Below are positions 13,410 through 26,622 of a DNA stretch of 64,000 nucleotides, piece after piece. The position numbers and the translations under genes are program-made. The notes beneath the pieces were generated by a model that did not search any database, was not told where the DNA came from, and saw only the letters and a list, made by a program, of their open reading frames with translations. The stretch's first letter is position 1. Each line of letters starts with the position of its first letter. The stretch comes from Epiperipatus broadwayi (Eukaryota > Animalia > Onychophora): positions 18,476,001 through 18,540,000 of the forward strand of contig JAQFVV010000003.1 of NCBI GenBank assembly GCA_028023455.1, read 5' to 3'.

Positions 13410-16400
13410 GTTTGGCACCCAAAATGAGACGTATAATAAATTAGAGTATGAGTAATAGATTTTGCTTACATGTAGTAAAAGAAAAAAGGAAATATGTATT
13501 TTTTTTCCCCCGGGTTTGGCTTCAATTAAATACTCATGTACCTAAATTACAGATATATGTGTGGAGTTGAATATAAAATGTAATTTTTTTTTTTTAACAA
13601 TGTTTTAAAATGTAACCATCCCCTGTTGGCATGGCACCCGACAATTTACTTACAATATAAATTTTGCAAACAGGTGGTGGATTAAAGCAATGAAATATGT
13701 GAGGCAATAATTTACCAAGAGGAGTAAACTATATAAAGAATCATGATTTTAGTTTTACATAATGTACAATGACAATACATATAAATAAATAATTAATCAA
13801 ACATGTCTGTTCTAGGTGCAGAGGAACAACCCAAAAACAAAAGGATAGCAAATAGAAAATAATGGCAAATTGTAAATTAGTATATAGAGATAGAGCAGTG
13901 CAGCAAAAATAGAAAGAAATAGCGGGTCAACAAAACACAGTAAGGGTATTAAGAAAGAGAGTAGAAAACAAAGTGAGAGAAGTGAGGCAATAGCTTTATT
14001 TTTAGGAATTTTAAAAAACATTGGAAAACACAGAAGAAATAAAAGCAAATGAAGAAGAAAAACCAAGAATCACCAAAGTTCTGGAAGAACCTAGCCCTAA
14101 AATCACATACAAAGACCTGATAGACTTACTACATAACCCAGACCAGGGAAGTCAAATAATAGTTTGGTAAGATGATGCAAAAAAGTACAGCAAAGTCTAA
14201 TCGAGGCAATGAAGGGAATCGTTGGAGGACCATCAAATCTGACAGACCATATACAGATACAAAAGTTTCATGGAGATCCAGGGGAAAACCCATATGAACA
14301 CTTTAGAAAGTTTAACAATTTTTTTTCTTCTGTCAACCAGCAAGTGATGATGGCAAGTCACTATCTGGAGAAAACCGCTAAAGACTGGTGGAGGTCAATC
14401 AAAGGAAAACCAAAAACACTTAAAGAGAATGAAGCGATCCTGAGGCAATATTGGAGTGAAGATCACCAAATAGGAATTCTAAATACAATAACAGTGGAAA
14501 AATATGAGGAAAATAAAAGTGAGGCATCCACTCAGTTCTTCATATGGCAAGTAGCCTGCATGAAAACTCTAACAGCATTTAAATATTCCGATACCCATAT
14601 CATCAGACTAATTTGATAATCAATATACCAACCTGGTTGCAAGAAATGATGGCGATGAGCCGCATCACACGGAAGAAATGGCCAACTTCCTCGCATCTGA
14701 GGAATGCAGGTACCATCCTACCAATGGAAGCCAGAGAAAGTGATGGAACCAGTCAACAAAGTAAAAAAGATGGTGCATGTAAAGAAGTAACCAAAATGGA
14801 TGGAACCCAGTCCATAAAACATTTCCCGGAAGAATATGAAGATCACAATTACAATACCATGATTATCCATGAACCAGAAGACACCATGAACACAATGACT
14901 GCCAGTGTATCACCAATTATAAATGTCAGCGTAAAAGGCTGGATGACACATGCCCTACTGGACTCTGGTAGCCAGGTCTCAATTATTGCCAAATCATGGA
15001 TGCAAAGATTCCAAGAACAAGTAGGGATGTACGAGCAATTACCGACCTGTCCAATACATGATTCTAGCCAATGGAAGGAAAACAATGAGTGGCAATTATC
15101 AGGTCTGGAGAGAGATGAAAATTGCCCACAAACTGATTGGTCACACCTTTCTAGTCATCTGTGGGTTAATATATGAAATGGTGTTGGGATCTGATTTCTT
15201 GACCCAGCATAATGGAGTTATAGATTATCCTAGAAGAATATGCCAGATCCAAAATGAACAAGTCACATTTGATACTTCAGGAATTCCACTTGCTGGGACT
15301 AGCAATTGCTTCATCCAACCGGTGGATCCAGAGACTATCTCCACAGGGGGCTGAATTAACAAAAGCAACGGACCAAATGCATGTCAAAAAGATTTTGGAA
15401 GACCACCTGCAAGTATTTTCCAACACCCCTGGTAAGATCCATGGATATACTCACAGAATACAAGTTCGGGAAGAGTCGTACAAAAAGTCAAGGACATACC
15501 CGATCCCATTTCAATATAGTGAGGAAGTGGGAAAACAGATCTGCCAAATGCTGAACTGGGACATCATCGAATGATGCCCACCCCCTTTATAATAATCCAT
15601 TGGTCGTTATAAAAAAAAAAATGGAGTCTGTGTCTATGCCTCGATGCCCGTCACTTAAACAACATGACAATCCCTGAACGAGATGTTCCACCTCCAATCC
15701 AAGATGTATTCGTGCAATTAGCAGGAAAAACCTACTTCTCCACCTTAAACCTTACCACCAGTTACTGGAAAATGGCCTTGGATCCACATGATCGAAAGTA
15801 TACCACTTCCGATACCAAGAGCACACCCACGTGTTTAAGCAGTCCCATTTGGGTTAATCAGTAGTGGAGGGGGGCTGATGCGATGTATAAAGCACGTCTT
15901 CTCAGAAGTACAACAACATATGGTATGTTACGTGGATGATATTGTAATAGCGTCCACAAGTTTTGATGAACACATGAAGCATCTGGCCATGTTTTTCTAA
16001 GAATGCATTAGGGAAAACATCACTATCAATATGGAAAAAAGCCGGTTTGCCATAAATAAAATCTCTTTCCTGGGCCACATCGTCAACCAGCGAGGGATCA
16101 AGGTGTTTCCGACACCCACTACCCGGAAACAGGACACATCCTTCCTAGGCCTCTGTAAATTCTATCACCGATTCCATCCCAACTTTGCCCAGGAAACCAA
16201 CCACTTAGCCAACTTATTACGCAAAGAAAGGAAGTGGGAGAGGACAGATGCCCATGAACAAGAAATGAAAACCATAAAGCAGAAATTTCTGCAGACTGTG
16301 ATGCTCCATCATCCGGATTTCAGTTGCCCATTCTACATCTAAACTGACAGCAGCAAAACAGGTTTGGGGGCGATATTATTTCAAATCGGACCAGCTAGCG

Positions 16401-17890
16401 AGCACCGGGTGCTGTATTTTAGCAGTCGAACTCTGAAGGGTGCAGAAATTAATTATACCACCACAGAGCAAGAAACACTCATGATTGTTTGGGCATGCCC
16501 AAAATTTAAGCAGTTCCTCCGTGGCTCTGAGGTTATCATCGTTAATGATCACCGCTGCCTCGAGTTCCTAAACACTCTTGAACAATGATCAACTAATTCG
16601 ATGAAATCTAGCCTTACAGAAATTCCAATATAAGGTTATTTATTGTCATGGCCCGGAGAACATCATAGCGGTATCTTAAGCTGGCATCCCATATGCAATC
16701 CATAGCCCCATAGAACCATGAGTTGTTGATCATTCGGTAGAAGTCATGATGACCAAAAAAGAAACAGCCATTGAATCAGAATTGGACAATTGGCATGCCC
16801 AATACTGATTGAAAGATGGGATCCTTCAAGTAAGAACTAATCGCAAAGAGGATTTGTGAAGGATATTAATGCCTCATCGGTTAAAGGCCAGAGTAATATA
16901 CATGAAACTATAGGGCATTATGGACCTTGGAAGACAGAAGAGGCTTTGAGATGCCAATTTTACTGGCCGGGTATGTATGCATTGATCCTGATCACTTTAA
17001 GGAAGTGCATCACTTGCGCTCAATGCAAACATCCAAATCAATCCTATGCCGCTAAAATTAAACCTATTCTAGCTACTGGTCCCAACAAACTATTAGCCAT
17101 CAACCACTATGGTCCATTACCAAAGTTCTGAAAATTCCAATATCTGTTGGTGACTTATGACATTTTTTCAAAGTATGTCCAGGCATAACCGGTACAAACA
17201 GCCAACTCTAAAGGGGTAATCCGAGTACTCCAAAACCTACAGTTCCCGGAAGTCAGAAATCCTGAGGTGATATTATCTGACCATGGATCAGCCTTCACTT
17301 CTAAAGAATGGAAGCAGTGGATAACAAAACGGACATCAGTCACCAACTCATCTCCCTCCGTAACCCACAATCTAACCCGTGTGAACGGGTCATTCGCGAG
17401 ATCAACAGATTGTTTCACAGTTGACTTACAACCAACCACAGAGGGTGGGTAAATAATACTGAGGGGATCATCAATTGTATTAATAACACAGTTAATGAAT
17501 CAACAGGATTTGCTCCTCAGCAACTCCACTTCAGGAAGCCGTGCCCCCAGCTATTTAAAACCCCTTTATCTAAGGACAAAGCTCGCATCAATCCAAGCCA
17601 AGACCAAAAGAATGCCCGGGTATGCTTGGCTCATATGGCCGAGAGACATATTCAAGGACATCCCCCACTTCACCACAACTTCCAGGAAGGCGATAAAGTA
17701 TGGTTACGGAATCAAAAAACTAGCAATACTACAAAAAAGGAATTTCAGAAATTTTTTCCCTTGTACCAGGGACCATTCCAAATAACAAAAAGATATGGGG
17801 GAAATGCCTTCCTCTTGCAAGGGGACAGAGGGATTAAGGGAATGTTCAATGCAAGGAACTTAAAGCCATATGAACCTCCCGATTGAGGAA
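13410..17890 (+). mobile_element. Ty3/Gypsy LTR retrotransposon internal region (gag-PR-RT-RH-IN), degenerate
   Basis: Gag: KFHGDP..NPYEH, AKDWW (14209-14616). Protease LLDSGSQ (DSG at 14961). RT YVDD (15929-15940). RNase H TDSSKTGLGAILFQ. Integrase H-H-C-C, ILSDHGSAF, NPCERVIRE and a GPF tail. The domain order is that of Gypsy; there are many frameshifts. A degenerate tRNA-Lys-type PBS TGGCACCCAAAATGAGAC lies near 13413. No matching LTR pair was found. Confidence 0.93.
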
Positions 17891-19599
17891 AGTAAAAGAA
17901 CTCAAAATAGCAAACGGATACAAACCCTAAAAGAAAAGGACAGGGAAACATGACAGAGATTTGGGACCTCTATTGAAATAAAATAAAACAAAACCAATCG
18001 TTAGGAAATTATCATGCCAATCAAATGATTTGTTATATTCAGCATTTATTCACAAGGGGTTGTTTCTGTGACACCACAGATATTAAGTAAAGAGAAGTTT
18101 TTCTTTGTTAGATTTTTTTTTTTGTGAAGTCCGGGAAAATCAAGCAGATAATCTGAAGCTCAGATTATGCTTCACGAGTATCAATAATCATAAAATAGAC
18201 TGACATAGATTCGAACTGCAACTCATTCACTAAAATAATCTGATCCTCATCATTTCCTTTTTGGGGGGTATTTATACAATTTTGCCATTGCTGTAGAATA
18301 TTCTATCTTTCGGTAACTTCAGGCATTGTTTTGTCAATTTCATTTAAAATAATTTGCTGTATTGTGATTCTAAGATACCCTCTTCCAATAAATCTTTCAA
18401 GTCTTTTGTTACGAATCCATTTTTAGTTTGCAAATGGATTACTAAGATAAAATAAAATTAATTTAAGATAAGTCCCTTCCTTTCCATTCATACATTATTT
18501 AAAACTTATTACAGAAATTAAAGTAAAACTAAAACATTTATTATTAAATGAATATAACAAGGCTAAGGAAAGAAAAATAGGGTTGGTGTGTGTATGAATA
18601 TAAAACTATCCGTTAAACAAATTTACTATTAAAAAGGTAGAGATGGTTAGTGCTAAATAAATCATGAAACTTGGATCGAATTTGGATCCAATCATTTCAT
18701 TTCCCTCTAATTACAGTGTAAACAAAATGAAAAAGGGTTTTACTTAGTTCCAAACATGAAGAAACAGCTGATAGGTTAAACCTATCCTATCCTAACATAT
18801 CTCTATCAATAACTATTTTCAAAATCATTGGTCCTAAATCCTTTATTTTCTTTCTGCCTAAGTTGAATAGCAACCTTGACATTATTTAAATAATTATTTT
18901 TTATAACTGGGACATAGCCATCATCATCCTCTCCCATAATCTTACTACCTTACACCATCACTCCCCTCCATTTGTATATATCTATTCTCTGGTGTCCTTA
19001 ATTCTACTTATACACTTTTAAATTATTTTTATTTATGAGACATATTTGATTCATATTTTTTCTAAAAATTTTTATTCACATTTTACCTTGTATCCGGCTG
19101 TCCTTCAATGTCTGAAACAAAACTAAACACTGAATTATTATGTAATAATACAATGTTTCTTGTACATAAATATATTATTAATTAGTTAGCTCTCTATAAG
19201 TTCAGAACCTGCTTGTAAAATTGATTTTATTGACTGCTAATTTGACATTCACGCTTGCTGACAATATTTATTAATTATAAGGGCGCCAGCCAACAAGATA
19301 AGATCAAGCTATGTAAATAACCCATTCGATCGCCTAAACCCACATACAGTTACATCATTTTGACATCTAACTAACTTTGACCTGATTAAGTACTGGCTAA
19401 GATAGTCACTATAAAATGTACTAAAACAGATTATTATCTTAATTAAAGCATTCTTCCATGCACCAATATAACTCAAAAGAGAAGTATTATTTGAATATTA
19501 GTGTTAAAGATGATCATACAATATTCCTTCCAATTCTTGAAATCTATCATTATGTCACACATACTGACTTCCACAAGACTATATGATAATCTACTCTAT

Positions 19600-20230
19600 G
19601 TTTCTTGGATTGAAGCATCTTGCCAACTACATCTGGCTGCTTGGAACTACATAAGGAAGGTCTTCACCTATCTACGGTTACTCTAAATCAGGCGTCCCCA
19701 ACCTTTTTGCACTTAAGAGCAAATATATAGTTGGATATTGTTAATAATACCCATAATGTACAAAAAAATATTTATTTGATTACATTACAATAATTTATAA
19801 GAAATTTTAAAAATTAAATTTATTTGTATAAGGTAAATAGTTTTTTATCGTGTTCGGATAGCGGCGGGCACACATAAAATAGTCCATGGGTACCATGGTG
19901 CCCACAGGCATAGGATTGGGGACCTCTGCTCTAAATGCACATGAGCCATTAAAGCATTACCACTACATCTGGCTGCTTGACAACATATGATCCAGTTTAT
20001 AAGGGTCTTCACCTATCTATGGTTACTCTAAATACATGAGTCATTAAAGCATTATCAACTATAACTGGCTGCTTCACAATATATGATCCAGTTTATAAGG
20101 ATTTTCACCTATTTACGGTTACTCTAAAAATCAATGTCATTGAAGCGTAATGTCCACTACATCGGACCGCTTGACATACAATTCCCAGTTTGAAGGTCTT
20201 CACCATTTATGGCTACTAATGATATCAATG
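19600..20230. repeat. Tandem array, ~95-bp unit, 4 diverged copies, interrupted by a hAT MITE
   Basis: AAGCATT..CACTACATCTGGCTGCTTG...GGTCTTCACCTATCTACGGTTACTCTAAA recurs at about 19615, 19951, 20046 and 20142. Confidence 0.85.
19689..19928. mobile_element. hAT MITE, 240 bp, with a perfect 8-bp TSD
   Basis: TIRs CAGGCGTCCCCAACC / GATTGGGGACCTCTG; CTCTAAAT is duplicated at 19681-19688 and 19929-19936. Confidence 0.92.
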
Positions 20231-21485
20231 TGTACGCATATATTTTGTTTATTAACTATCATTTCGAAATATCATTTACCTATCATGAATCCAAGATATG
20301 AAATACAGTTAACCCAACTACTTTATAAACACAAACACAAAATAAATAAAACAACTAAACACACTAAAGTTCATACAGCTGCTTGGGAAGATAATTATTA
20401 CTCTTTATTATAAAAGATGTTTCATTTGTTTGATCTCACTATTTCAAGAGTACTAAAAAAAAAAAATTTGTTATATATCTATTTTTTTTTTGTGACAACA
20501 CCCATAGACTGACCATCTCATTTAGCTCGTTTGATAACTAAACTTTTATTTCTTTAAAAAAAAATCTTTTTGTGACACTAAACATATTAAATTTAAATGA
20601 CTACATTATACTCACTAAATATTAAATTATAACGTATATAACTAAAATGTATTTATATATTACTTCTATTCTTTTCATACACATTATTTTCTACTAAATT
20701 AAATTACACCACCATACTACTGACTAGCGTCTAGATTATGCTTCATCAGTTTATAGCTATCATTTTTTGCATAATTTTGACACATTTAATAAGGATAATT
20801 ATTACATAACAAATTTTAAAAAAATTTCCTCGAAACAATTAACTGATAATAGTTTTAAACGGCAAAAGAATATTGAACTAAACAAGAAATAATTCTGTTT
20901 GCACAATAAATATATGTCACAAAAGGTATATAGACATTGAGGCATATATACAGATATTTTATCACATGTAAATCTATCAATTTACAGACAAAAATGTAGA
21001 ATGATTCATTAATATATTAAATTATATATATAAAGGCTTAATGTATTATTCGACTGTATATACTTTGACATGCTACAACTAAAGACAATTTGTATTAATA
21101 ATACATTGAAAGGAATGGTAAATTACCATTAACAATTATTAAGCTTCATCACAATGCCCTCTGACTAAAATCAACAACCAGGTTTTCCTGAAAAATCTTT
21201 AATAAATGGGTATGTAATGGTATATAGTTTAAACATAATTTAAAAAAAAAAAAGAACAGAATTAATACAATTAGAATATTGTTTCAAAAATAATATAGAT
21301 AGTATCTGCATGCATAAATATAATGTTAAAATAAAATTTTTTTTTAGGTATTAAAAAATATTTATTTCAGATTTCTTTTTAGCTAAAAAAAATTTTTTAT
21401 AAAATTTTATAAATCAAATGATTATATTTAAATAGTCATCACAAAATGTATTTTGATTTCATATAATCTTAATAAGTGTCCTTAC

Positions 21486-21640
21486 TTGGCCGTATTCCTC
21501 TTGAGGGGCACTACCAGTACACTGTATTTCACTCCATTCTAAAGTTTTTAAATTGCAACTGTATAAACGATTACTACTACTGTGACCAAATGGTACTCCA
21601 GTACCACCAAAAACTAGAAGATCATTATGTAAGAGTAAAG
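21486..21640 (-). CDS. KLHDC10: KLHDC10 coding exon 4 (ALLLHNDLLVFGGTGVPFGHSSSNRLYSCNLKTLEWSEIQCTGSAPQEEYGQ)
   Basis: T-tract acceptor ...TTTTAAG and donor CAA|GTAAG; 155 nt = 2 + 51 codons. Matches human LLVFGGTGIPFGESNGN...IYGQ. Confidence 0.95.
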
Positions 21641-21735
21641 CTTAAAAAAAAAAAGCATTTTGAAAATGTTTTAAATATTATTATTAATTAACTATTAGTT
21701 AAAATCACTAATAATAATTTTAATCAAATATATAC

Positions 21736-21820
21736 CTGAATGGGAGGCGAGCTCAACAGGCATATATCCTTTTGTTTGTAACTTTGTCCATTTGTTTGTA
21801 ATAAAATTAAATTTCCACAA
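21736..21820 (-). CDS. KLHDC10: KLHDC10 coding exon 3 (LWKFNFITNKWTKLQTKGYMPVELASHS + G)
   Basis: Acceptor TTTTTTTTGTAG and donor CAG|GTATAT; 85 nt with phases 0/1 consistent with both neighbours. Matches human LWRYHFATGVWHQMGTDGYMPRELASMS. Confidence 0.95.
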
Positions 21821-22700
21821 CTACAAAAAAAATGTTTATATAAAATAAAATTAATATCTGGTATTATCCTCTTATATTGGTGAATATATTTTGCATATTT
21901 CCACTGTATTTAGCTACATTATTTAACATCCCAATTCAATATTATGCAAATAAGATGAGTATTAAAAGTAATATGAATTTTAAACAGAATCAAATTGCTC
22001 CATACAATTTACAATTGATAAATTCGAATTTTGATATATTTTTTTGTACTTATAAAATTTTTCATGATATAATCCAATGTCAGACTTCTTCTCCCCAAGT
22101 CTGATTTGGGTTACAATGTGAGAGGTGTTTAAACTTTTACATATACAAAGTTGGTTTATAGGAGCTACATTTTTTTTTTTTGCATATGTATATAAATTTC
22201 ATTTAATATAATCAGTTACTTGGGAGATTAAGTGATATTCAAGCATCCCAGTGACAAGTTAAGCACAAAATTCTATTCAATTGATCAAAATAAGATTTTT
22301 TTTTTTACTTTCTAGAGTTGCATTAATTATACAATAGTGATATTTCTTTAAAACTCCAGAAATCATAATATAAGCATTCAGTAAAAACAGTGATAAATAA
22401 ATGACAGAGCAGTCAAACTTCTAAGTCCAATATAATCCTTACTAATCTATTGCTACCTATTAAAAAGTCAATTAAGTGAAAACGATATGAATCTCATTGC
22501 AATGGCATTTATTTATCATTGGCTTACTTATTGTTTATATTAATGACTTGCAGAGATGCCATTTCTGATTAAATGATCTGTAAAAAAAAAAAAAAGTCTC
22601 TTCAAACCAAAACATACATTATCCCACTGACTATAATTAATAAAATTAACCATATAAGAACAAACATTTTTGTTTGTTCTATATATGTAATTAATATTAC

Positions 22701-22840
22701 CTCTTTAAATAAAGGATAGTAAGTTTCATCTGTATTTGGTGTGTCCCAATAATCTGGGTTATACCCTCCTAATGAATAAAAATTGGTATTAGTAGCAACA
22801 CATCGATGACCACTTCTTGGAACAGGCACTACTTTTTCAT
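22701..22840 (-). CDS. KLHDC10: KLHDC10 coding exon 2 (DEKVVPVPRSGHRCVATNTNFYSLGGYNPDYWDTPNTDETYYPLFKE)
   Basis: Acceptor TTTAATACAG and donor GAG|GTAATA; 140 nt = 2 + 46 codons. Closely matches recalled human PPARSGHRCVADNTNLYVFGGYNPDY...YPLFRE (kelch repeat). Confidence 0.95.
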
Positions 22841-24002
22841 CTGTATTAAAAAAAATATAGAAAATATTTATTAAAGTAATTAATATAATTTCAAATTTGA
22901 TTAGTTTAATCATTTTTGAAAATTATTTTTCCAATGGAAGTTTTTTTACAAAAATAAAGATTTAAATTCAAAATAATAGCATTTAAAGTCATAATATTTC
23001 TTCTCTTAATAAAATAAAAATATATTAGTTACAGATTTGTACAATCACGCCAATCACCATAATGCAATGCCCCCCCTCCCCCTAATTAGATTCAATATTT
23101 AATAAATGGTAAAAAGTTATTTGAGTAAAATATAAGATTTGCATTAAATCTCAGTTTTCATTTCTGATAATAAAAAAGAATACAAACTTCATAGATCAAG
23201 TACTTCAAATATAATTCCACTTGAACAGAAATGTTTCAGAGGATTTTCATTCTATTTTATAATTATACTGTCAATAAAACTGCTTTCTTCATTTACTTTT
23301 TTACGTTTTGTCTATGCTATGCAAGAAGTTAACTAAATGTAAACTAACTCAATATCATTATTAAATGTCATGCTTACTTATGATTTTTTTCTTAATTGTT
23401 TCAGTTTCCAATTATCATATTCATTTGATAAATATGGCAAACAATTGTTAATTTTCTCTCTATAATAGTTTTCAATAATTTTTTTTTTCTGATTCACTTT
23501 TTTTATGCAATTTTTCATTGAGAACTTTTTACGTCCAATACATTCTCAATAACTTTCTCTAGCATGTTCTTGTGCCAATTTTTCACTTGTTTAAGATTTG
23601 CAGCCCAAAATAAAACAGTATTACAATAATTTTTAACTACAGGCAAGTTTAAAACATAAATTAAAGATTTTAGAATTAATTCTCAATGCAAAAAAAAAAA
23701 AAAAAACACCTGTCTATATGCGTATTAAATTCCAATAAATATGAAAATCTTTTACTATACCAATTTATGATTCACAAACACATAAAACACTAGTAAATAT
23801 GTGCATATCCAATACATCTTAATTTGTTTTATAATCATGACATTACTTTTTCAAATTTCTAAATCTCATTGAATCTTTTGTCATTGATCCAAGATTCATA
23901 AAGATTAGTAAATATATTCAGACCTATATGACTATATAAGCTAATGAGCTTGAATTGAAAATATTGTTTTCAATTTTAGACTCAGTTTTGTAGTTACGTA
24001 GA

Positions 24003-24830
24003 GATAAAAGGTGACTGCTGGAGGGTTGCATTAGTTCCTAAGATCTAGGTGCAGTGCTCTCAGATCCAAGGCTCCTCACTGATGAAAGCCACAAACTAGA
24101 AACTACACTGGGGATATTGGATGAGTAGGCACTAGATAGGGATTTTATGCACAAGCCTTCTGGCATCCATTGATTACTTTGGGTTGCACTGAGTGGTACT
24201 ACTGTATGAAGAGTTTTGCCTGTTTTAATAACAGTTATGAACAAGCATAAGAAATGCTGAACATGTGATGTTTGATGGTTAAATATTCAGGTGCTCAGTA
24301 TATCTAATTTGTTTTGTAACATTTCTTTATTTTTTCAAATCCTGCTGATGGCTTACAAATAAATTATTGCCCTGACTATTCTTAATTTTATTTATACTGG
24401 TTTTGTTAGTTTAGATGATACTAAAACAGTAGCAAATTTTTCCCACAATCGTGCCACATAGTACAAGCTCTAGTAAACAATAGATGCTATAATATATGCA
24501 CAATCTAATGCCTTCCCATCCAATATCTCCAGACTAGTTTCAAGCATATGGCTTTCATCAATGAGGAATCTTGGATCTAGAAGCAGTATACCTGGATCTT
24601 TGGATCTAATGCAATCCTCCAGCCCATCTTTTTGGTTAACTATAAAACTATCATTCCAAACTGAAGATGCAATGTTTTCAATCAAAACTAATTTGCCTGT
24701 ATAATCACACAGATCTGAATCCAATTAGATATCTATATATTTTAGTATCTTTGGTTTTTTCCCCTAATAACTAGTCACATTTATCTTTTAGTCAGACTTG
24801 GTATTAATTAAAACATCACATGATGCATAA
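24003..24830. repeat. Unclassified repeat family, cluster A: reverse arm (24003-24280), forward arm (24420-24700) and a partial forward start
   Basis: Shares the core CTAGTGCCTACTCATCCAATATCCCCAGACTAGTTTCTAGCTTGTGGCTTTCATCAGTGAGGAGCTTTGGATCTGAGAGCACTG (or its reverse complement) with clusters B-D. Confidence 0.85.
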
Positions 24831-26334
24831 CCTTCTAGCATCTATTGAACCTCACACAGGTGGACTATTGTGGAGAAAATGTTACTATTGTTTTAACAGC
24901 TTGTTTAAGTATAAAAAAAAGAGATAATGATATGATGTTTAATGGTTTAATCTAGATGATAATACTTGCATGATAAACAAAACACTAAAAAATATTTAGT
25001 TCGATTTCATCAATTTTGATTTTCTTCTTAGAAAAGTTCTATTGTTTGGGCCAAGTTGATGCATAATCAATATATCTTTATTTCCTTATTTGGTGTCACT
25101 TATTTTTATTTCAATGTTCTTCAATTTCTTCAATGATTCCTATGGCATTTTCATAGCTTTAATAATTTATGTTCATTCCATATACTGATAATTTTTTTTG
25201 TACTTTATTTTATCTATACTTTTTCCTAATGAGTGATGAATTGAGATTGGATCTCTCTGTTTTGTGGTTTCAATTTTAAACCAGATTCCAGTACCTCCAC
25301 ATATTCAATTAATTTTCAAAAGCATCACATCCCGAAAGTTTCTAATTATTTATGTTTTTTAAGTATTCAGAATTTGCAATCATAAACAGAGCAACATACC
25401 ATTATTCTAATTTTTAACAGCAGATAAGTTCAACATTAAGTTCTTTATTTGATTAAGTTTTTAGTTTTGGATGTGCTATTCAACTGTGTATTTCTTAAAT
25501 TTTTCAGATAGTATAAATGCTCACTAGATCAAAAATTTGTATTTTTAATTCGATTACTAAGAAAATACTAAATGTTCACATATATATAATCTTATACATG
25601 TTTACTTATAATATCTTCACTTTTAATTGCTATTTCATTATAATTTGTAGATTATATTTTAAAATGTTAACATTAAACACATTTGTTTTATTTTTTTTCT
25701 AATATCCAATATTTTATCAGATATAAAAAAGTAAAGCAATGAGCAGACAATAAAACAATATGGTTTCATTCTAAATTTATGCATTTAATAATGCAAAGAA
25801 TGCTTGAAAGTTTATGATATACTCTAAATACTGAAATATTAGAAAAGACTGTGCTAAAATGGTGACAATTACCATTGATAATTATTAAGAGTTAATGCTC
25901 ACTATCTGCATTCTACTGTTTAGATATTCAATATGCATTCAGGCAGAAAATTTAAAAACTTAAAATCATTCATACATTTGTCTAATTGAATCTAGGATAC
26001 TGACAGTAGTGATTGATATTAATTTTATTTAGATTAAAGTGAGAGTTTAATAAGTTAGATTATTAAATTATTTAATAAATTTCTTTTTTAGATTAAAAAT
26101 TAATACAAAAATATATATTAATTATATTAAGTTCAATATAGACAATATACTTGTATTTTAATATTATATATTCAGTCTGTATTCTGCCCATCCCTTCTAT
26201 GAATTTAAATAAACATATTAAGGTCCTATACATGAGGAGTCAGAATGACTTAAAGTCAACATGGGTATGACAATAATATTGGCATCAACTTTGGGTGTTC
26301 CAGCATCAGATTTTCAATGATATGGATGACTGAA

Positions 26335-26615
26335 GAGTTGGAGGGTGGGGAAGAGTTGAAGTCTATCTATTAATTTTTGCAGATTTGCTATCTTAATATA
26401 AATTGAGCACTGATTATATATATATCTGTAGAAGATAATGATCTGGACCAACTAATGAGTGCTGGTTCACTATAAAAAATGTATATTAGAGATCATTTAT
26501 CTTTGGTCACATGAATGTGCCCATGTATATCGGTTGTATAAGATAGAGTGGATAGATGTAGAGAGCTTAAAAGTCTGAGTTCAATCCCTTCTAATTATAT
26601 TAAGTTTAGACAATA
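26335..26615 (+). repeat. Dispersed ~290-bp repeat, copy 1 (possible old SINE)
   Basis: Aligns by eye to the reverse complement of 53140-53420 (e.g. GATTTGCTATCTTAATATAAA, TATATTAGAGATCA, AGATAGA.TGGATAG). Confidence 0.7.
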
Positions 26616-26622
26616 TATTTAT

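Noticed and set aside
13812-14066. Hydrophobic 84-aa minus-strand ORF (also 14849-15085, 17155-17439, 17745-17951)
   Set aside because: These are antisense shadows of the A-rich Gypsy gag/pol sequence.
18148-18168. 9-bp perfect hairpin ATAATCTGA/TCAGATTAT
   Set aside because: Short, AT-rich and isolated, with no functional context.
22602-22913. ORF-track 103-aa ORF as a complete gene or as the KLHDC10 start
   Set aside because: Only 22701-22840 is kelch-like. The flanks are I/F/L-rich intron read-through bounded by clear AG and GT sites, and a phase-compatible exon 1 exists at 32667-32727.
24038-24724. ORFs within the inverted repeat family as a protein-coding gene
   Set aside because: The frames are not preserved across copies (stops and indels at different places) and no domain is recognised.
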